A stretch of 63,584 nt of DNA, counting the filler, from Chiloscyllium plagiosum (lineage: Eukaryota): assembly GCF_004010195.1 (NCBI RefSeq). It is 6 parts of one record of this genome, joined end to end, with 100 filler letters (N's around TTAATTAATTAA, not from the genome) between each part and the next. Parts side by side here need not be neighbours in the genome. Positions count along the whole stretch, not along the records: positions 53,562 to 63,584 come from NC_057717.1; 5 more parts are not named here. One strand, written 5' to 3'. Position 1 is the first letter of the stretch; every line of letters starts with the position of its first letter. The translations under genes and the position numbers were made by a program. Below, one piece after another: positions 58,450-63,584 of this stretch. The notes beneath the pieces were generated by a model. It saw only the letters and a program-made list of their open reading frames with translations. It did no database searches and had not been told where the DNA came from.

Positions 58450-60899
58450 CTCTCCCTCTGCGTTCCATATTAATGACCCTAAAAATATCCCTCTAACAAT
58501 TAAACAGCTCCAAACATCCCAAACTCTGTAAACTACAACAGCTCCAACATCCCTCCTTATTAGCGTAACCTCTTCCTGAAAACCTCTCAACATGTGGAGA
58601 CCCTACAATCCTCCCTATATGTGTAATCCAACAGGTCCCTGCATTACTCCCGATCTGTAGAACCCAATGCAATGCCTGTGACTCTCCCAATCCAGTCCCT
58701 GCAAGACTCACTATCTGTGTAACAGTCTCCCGCCACTATCACCCACCCTGTCAATGTAAGCTCCTCTAGTATCTCCATCCATTTAATCATCTCCATAACC
58801 TTCTCCAGCTCTTGTACCCTATCTAGTAAATGCCACCCTCATCTATAACCCTCCCTATGGTAGGAACCTTTCCACAGATTCATCACCCTCTGGCTGAATA
58901 AATTCCTCCAGATCTCCATTCTAAAGGGTTGTTCCTTCACTCTGAAGCCGTGCTCTTGAGCCCTGGTCTCTCCACCAGTGAAAACATCTCCCCACCCCCT
59001 CCACTCCATCCAGGCCCCTCAGTATTCTGTAAGTTGCATGAGGTCCTGCCACCGCCGCCTCTGAAACTTCATCAAGTACAGACTCAGAGACTTCACCTGC
59101 TTCTCATATGACAAACATTTCATCCTGGGCTTTTTCTTGTAAAACTAGTTCTTGTACCCACTCACATCTTTTGTCCAGACTGTTAATGTATAACATGTAC
59201 AGCGTGGCCCCAACACTGACCTCTGCGGAGTTCCCCTTGTCATCAGTTCCCATTGTGAAAACGACCCCTTTATATCTACTCTGTCTTCTGCTAATCAGCC
59301 AATCCTCTAACCGTGCCAAGCATGTTGTTCTGAAACTGAAATTTTATTTCACAAACCCTGCTGGATTTGTTTACCTGTCTGGCTGTGAAGAAGCAGAGTA
59401 GATAAAAGGGAGGAATGGTTTGTCGGGGTTTTCAGAAACCATTCAACAAGGTCCCACTGAAGATGTGGATAAGCAAAATTGGCAAATGTGGGATTGGAGG
59501 GAATGTTTTGGCATGGATTGGGAATTCTTTATCAGAAAACTAAGTGGGAATAAATGGATTAGTGCTTGACCCCCCCAACTATTCACAAAGGGATTCGATG
59601 GATTTGATGGTTGATGGATGGACAAAATCTACTGCTTCCATGTTTGTTGCTGACACAGAACGAGATGGGAATGTGGGTTGTGTGGAGGAAGCAAAGGTGA
59701 CATGAACAGTTTATGAGTTTCCCTTGTATAAATACATTGATGTGATGTGGCCATCACTTGCTCGGCCATCATTACCTTTCCATTTGTAATTCCCTGGAGA
59801 AGGTGGTGGGGAGCTGCCTTCCTCACCCACTGCAATCCTTTAGGTGTAGGGACAGACACAGTGCCAGGAGGATGGAGCGTGGCTTGGAGGGCACCTTGGA
59901 AATGCTGAAGTTACCGTGCACCTGGCCTGCCTGAGTGACCTCAGTGCTGCTTGTAGATACTTTATTTATTTATTCATTCGTGGTTATGAGCATTGCTGTA
60001 TGTATTGTTGATTTGGAGTTGTCCCTGAGAAGGTGGTGGTGAGCTGCCTTCCTGAACCACTGCACCAATTGTTGGAACTGTTGTTATTTGTGTCCCCTCC
60101 AGCAGGCGCTACAACACTCCTCACATCTGTAAATGCATACAGACAATGCAGCTCTTCCTGTATATGTGACATCCTCCTCTGCCAACAACACTTATTGTTC
60201 ATCAGAATGTCTCACTATCTCCATTCCCATCTGTGCTAGTGATCTCTCAAATTTCTTTATTCTTGTTTATACTTCTGATCACCTCTAACCTCTTCCTTTC
60301 TAAATTTGTAACCCCTCAGTATCTGTTACTCTCCATATAACTGTATTCAATGAGAGCACAGGTTCCCTTCTTTAAATCTCTGTGAATTACAGCAGCTGGT
60401 TGTGCTAAATTGGTACTTTTCATCCTCCTCATCCATCTTAGCTCTTCCAGCCCCTGAAATCCCACTATTTAGAATGCTCCCATTCTCTGTACCTCCTTAT
60501 GTTCTGAGGGTCCTTGAACACCACGAGTGCTTCAAACATCTGTTAACACCCCCCCCCCCCCCCAGGTTATTGTGAGTCTTCTAACTCTGTAACATCCAAC
60601 AGTTTCCAGTGCCACTCCCTGGTTGTCAGTTTGAATTTGTTGAAGTCTTCACATCTCAGTAAGCAGCTCACAAAAATCCCTTTAGACTCTACAAGGCTCC
60701 ATCACCAACAAGCCGCCATCTCTCTACTTCTTTTGCTTCCCTCAGTGCCTACAACCCCCCATGTATCTTCCAGTAACCTGCTTTAGACACTGCAGGTCTG
60801 CGTACCTCTCCAGATAGCCTGTTCCATCCCCATCAGCTCCCTCAATCACTGTAACACCCTCTGCTCTGTCTACTTCTTCTCTTTTCCACTATCTTCCAG

Positions 60900-63340
60900 G
60901 CACAGCGGCGATCCTGTGAGGGACCAGTATGCAATGGGATGTTAGACATCTCAGCTGAGGCTTGAGGCCTACCATTACCTGGAAGTCACAAAGGGAGAGA
61001 ACCTGTGAGAGAGAGCAGCACAGAGCGGGAGAATATTAATCAGCAGCGAGGATCGAGGCCGACTGGGACTTGGAGTTGAAGAAACAGCAGAGCAGGAGGC
61101 GCGAAATCAGCACCGAGTCACAGAGGGAGTGACCATGTGAGGGAGTAACTTGAAGCAGGAACATGAGGTTCACTTACGCCTGGGAGTTACAGAAGCACCA
61201 AAGTGAGAGGATCTGAATCAGCACTGAGGATCGAGGCCTAGTCATACCTGGAAATCACAGAGACGGTGATGCTGTGAGGGAGCAGAGTGGAGTGGGAGCT
61301 GGAGGATTACAAGTTCCTTGGAGTCACAGAGATAACTTTCTGCTGCTGGGACCTGCCTGCACTGAGTTTGAAACAAGTGCAAGAGCCACCACAGAAAATT
61401 CTGTAAGTTCATTGGCTGATAAATTCGCTGTTATTGCGACTGTCAGTTAATTGCTATAAGTTAGCAGTTTTTTTCCTACTTCTGAAATAAGGGTTGAATA
61501 CAGAAATAAGAGGGAGAAATAAAATTGTGAGCCAATATAATAAATTACCCTCAGTAAGCCACAGTTGAATAAAGGATTTAAGCACATTGTTATTTCCTGG
61601 ATGGAAACTTCATTCTAAGTAATTAATTAAGTAACTCGAGATAAAATACATTTTAGGACATGTTTGTCAGATGGAAAATGTGTTCTGTTTATTGGGAAGT
61701 CATAGCCCCTGCTTGTGTCCTAGATGGGCACTGGCTCATGGAGCTCAGACAGTGACTAGAGACTCTATGGGGCATCTGTGATGCTGAGAGTTAGGGGGAT
61801 AGCACACACACACCGAGCAGATCACCATGCCGACATGACGGCCTGGAAGAAGAAAGGGTCTGGGGGACTAGGCAATCGGAGAGAAACAGTCAGGGAATAC
61901 AAGAATATCCTGGTGTTTCCCTCCCAATTCAATTTCCCAGTTTGGAAGCTGATGAAGGTACAGGCTGATCAAGGGAGGGCAGTCATAGTCATGTCTGTGG
62001 CTCCACAAGCAGCCTGACTGTACAGGAGGGGAGGGAGAAGGAAGGAGGGGCGATAGTCAGAGGGGAGACAGGGAAGTGAAGAAGGTGTCAGCGTGTCCGT
62101 AATTCCAGGATAGTTGGGTTAAGAACGTCACTGTGTCTGCAGAACATTCATCTGGGGGACAGTGAGCAGTCAAAGATCATGCCCATGTTGGTAGGAATGA
62201 CCTGGTTAGGAAGCGTGAAGTGGTCTGGGACTCAGAATTTAGGGAGCTAGGTGGATGGTTAGCAAGCCGGTCTGCAAATGTAGCAATCCCTGGAAAACTC
62301 CTAGTGCCGTGTCCAAGTGAGAACAGGACTCAGAGTTTTAGGTAGATGAGAGTGTGACTGGAACGATGGTGCAGCAGGAAGGGCTTCAGATTCCTGGGAC
62401 ATTGGGACTGATTCTGGGGAAGACAGCAACTGTACAAGCCGGATGGGCTAACGTGACAGAGTTGGGAATGAATTCCTTACGGTTTTTTTTTTGGGGAGGG
62501 ATTGTAAATAACTTGGTGTGTGCTTAGGATCCAAAAAGAAATAGTAGAGGAGACTACCAGGATTCCCAAAATAATGGGAGACACAGTTGGAAATAATTTA
62601 CAACAACACGATTAACAGTGGAAGACGGAGTGAGAAAGAAAGCGTTAATCTGAGGTACTCTGCATGGACCTGAATACTGGGAGTGTGCGGAGTGACAGAA
62701 GCAGTTTGGTGTGTGGAAATCTGATGTACTGATCACCGGGAGCTGGCTCAAGGAATGGCAGGACTGTGTGTTAAATATTGCTGGGAATAAAATATTCCAA
62801 AATGATAGAAGGGAGGGGAAAGGATTAAGCTGGAAGTATTGGTTTCGATTAGCGTTAGTTAAGGAGTCCAAGAGAAAGAGAATCCGTCCAAGAACAGAAT
62901 GAATTTGGCTGGAGCTACAGAACAAAAAAATGTACAATTACACTGTGAGGTACAGCCTGTCAGCCAGCAACCAAAGAAATGATGGAGAGAATAAATATGC
63001 AGGGGCATTTGAGAGCGATGACAGTATTGCAGATTAGTTATAATGAGAAATTTAATTTATTCAGATATTGACTGGGTTACTGGTGGTGCAGCGTCCTGAG
63101 GGGCGAGTGTTCCTGGATTACATGGAGGAGAGATCACTGCAGGAGTATGTGTCCAGTCCAAGAGAGCATGTATTGTTGGACCTGGTCCTTGGGGAAGAAG
63201 TGGGGCAAGTGGATCCAGTGTCAGTAGGGGAATGTTTTGGGGGGCAGCAATCATTTTATTGTAAGGTTCAGGATGATGATAGAGAATGCTATGCAATAAT
63301 TGAGAGTGAGAAACATTAGTTGACTGAGAGCAGCCTTCAA
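60900..63340 (+). mobile_element. degraded CR1 5' half: repeat-containing 5'UTR-like region, ORF1 esterase, ORF2 endonuclease
   Basis: EFRELG..WCSRKGFRFLGHW at ~62230-62410; DVLITGSWLKEWQDCVLNIAG; LQEYVSSP..LLDLVLGEEVGQV. Assignment of 60900-61400 to the element is inferred. Confidence 0.75.
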
Positions 63341-63584
63341 TGGGGCAAGAATGAAGCTGGGAACTTTTCAACGAGGCCAGTGAAAGGTTAGCTTTAAATA
63401 GTGTGAACCAGATCAGATGTAGCTGGGATTATGGAGATGGGGTTGCAGTGTGACCATAACTGGGAACTGGATAATTAAAGGTTTTCCCCATTTCTACAGG
63501 AAGGATTAATAGACCAACACAGTGAAGTAGCATTGTGTATAAAGGATGGGATCAGTATTATTGTGATGCTAATCAATTCACATA

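Overview
This is repeat-dominated vertebrate genomic DNA, most likely from a cartilaginous fish (shark). That is inferred from HE1-type SINEs, CR1/HER1-type LINEs with esterase ORF1, Penelope-like elements (PLEs) with hammerhead-ribozyme-like termini, and a GPR139/142-like first coding exon of the kind expanded in sharks. No complete protein-coding gene is visible. One near-canonical tRNA-Ser(GCT) gene lies on the minus strand (21163-21244). The non-TE signal is mostly structural. (1) A ~2.3 kb inverted duplication (34996-37372 vs 40792-43092) carries a TATA box and an 18-codon Cys-containing micro-ORF in each arm, each pointing outward to a copy of a triplicated exon-like module (30.1, 33.1 and 44.6 kb). 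(2) An orphan, frameshifted GPR139-like exon sits in a 1.8 kb cassette bounded by ~222-bp direct repeats. (3) An older inverted paralogy (7.3-10.6 kb vs 53.8-58.1 kb) preserves the splice sites of an apparently non-coding exon. (4) A fold-back PLE-derived insertion carries two hammerhead motifs and a perfect 15-bp target-site duplication (TSD). Five 100-bp gaps contain an artificial TTAATTAATTAA linker, so order and orientation across them are uncertain. All alignments were done by eye; repeat boundaries are approximate and family names need database confirmation.
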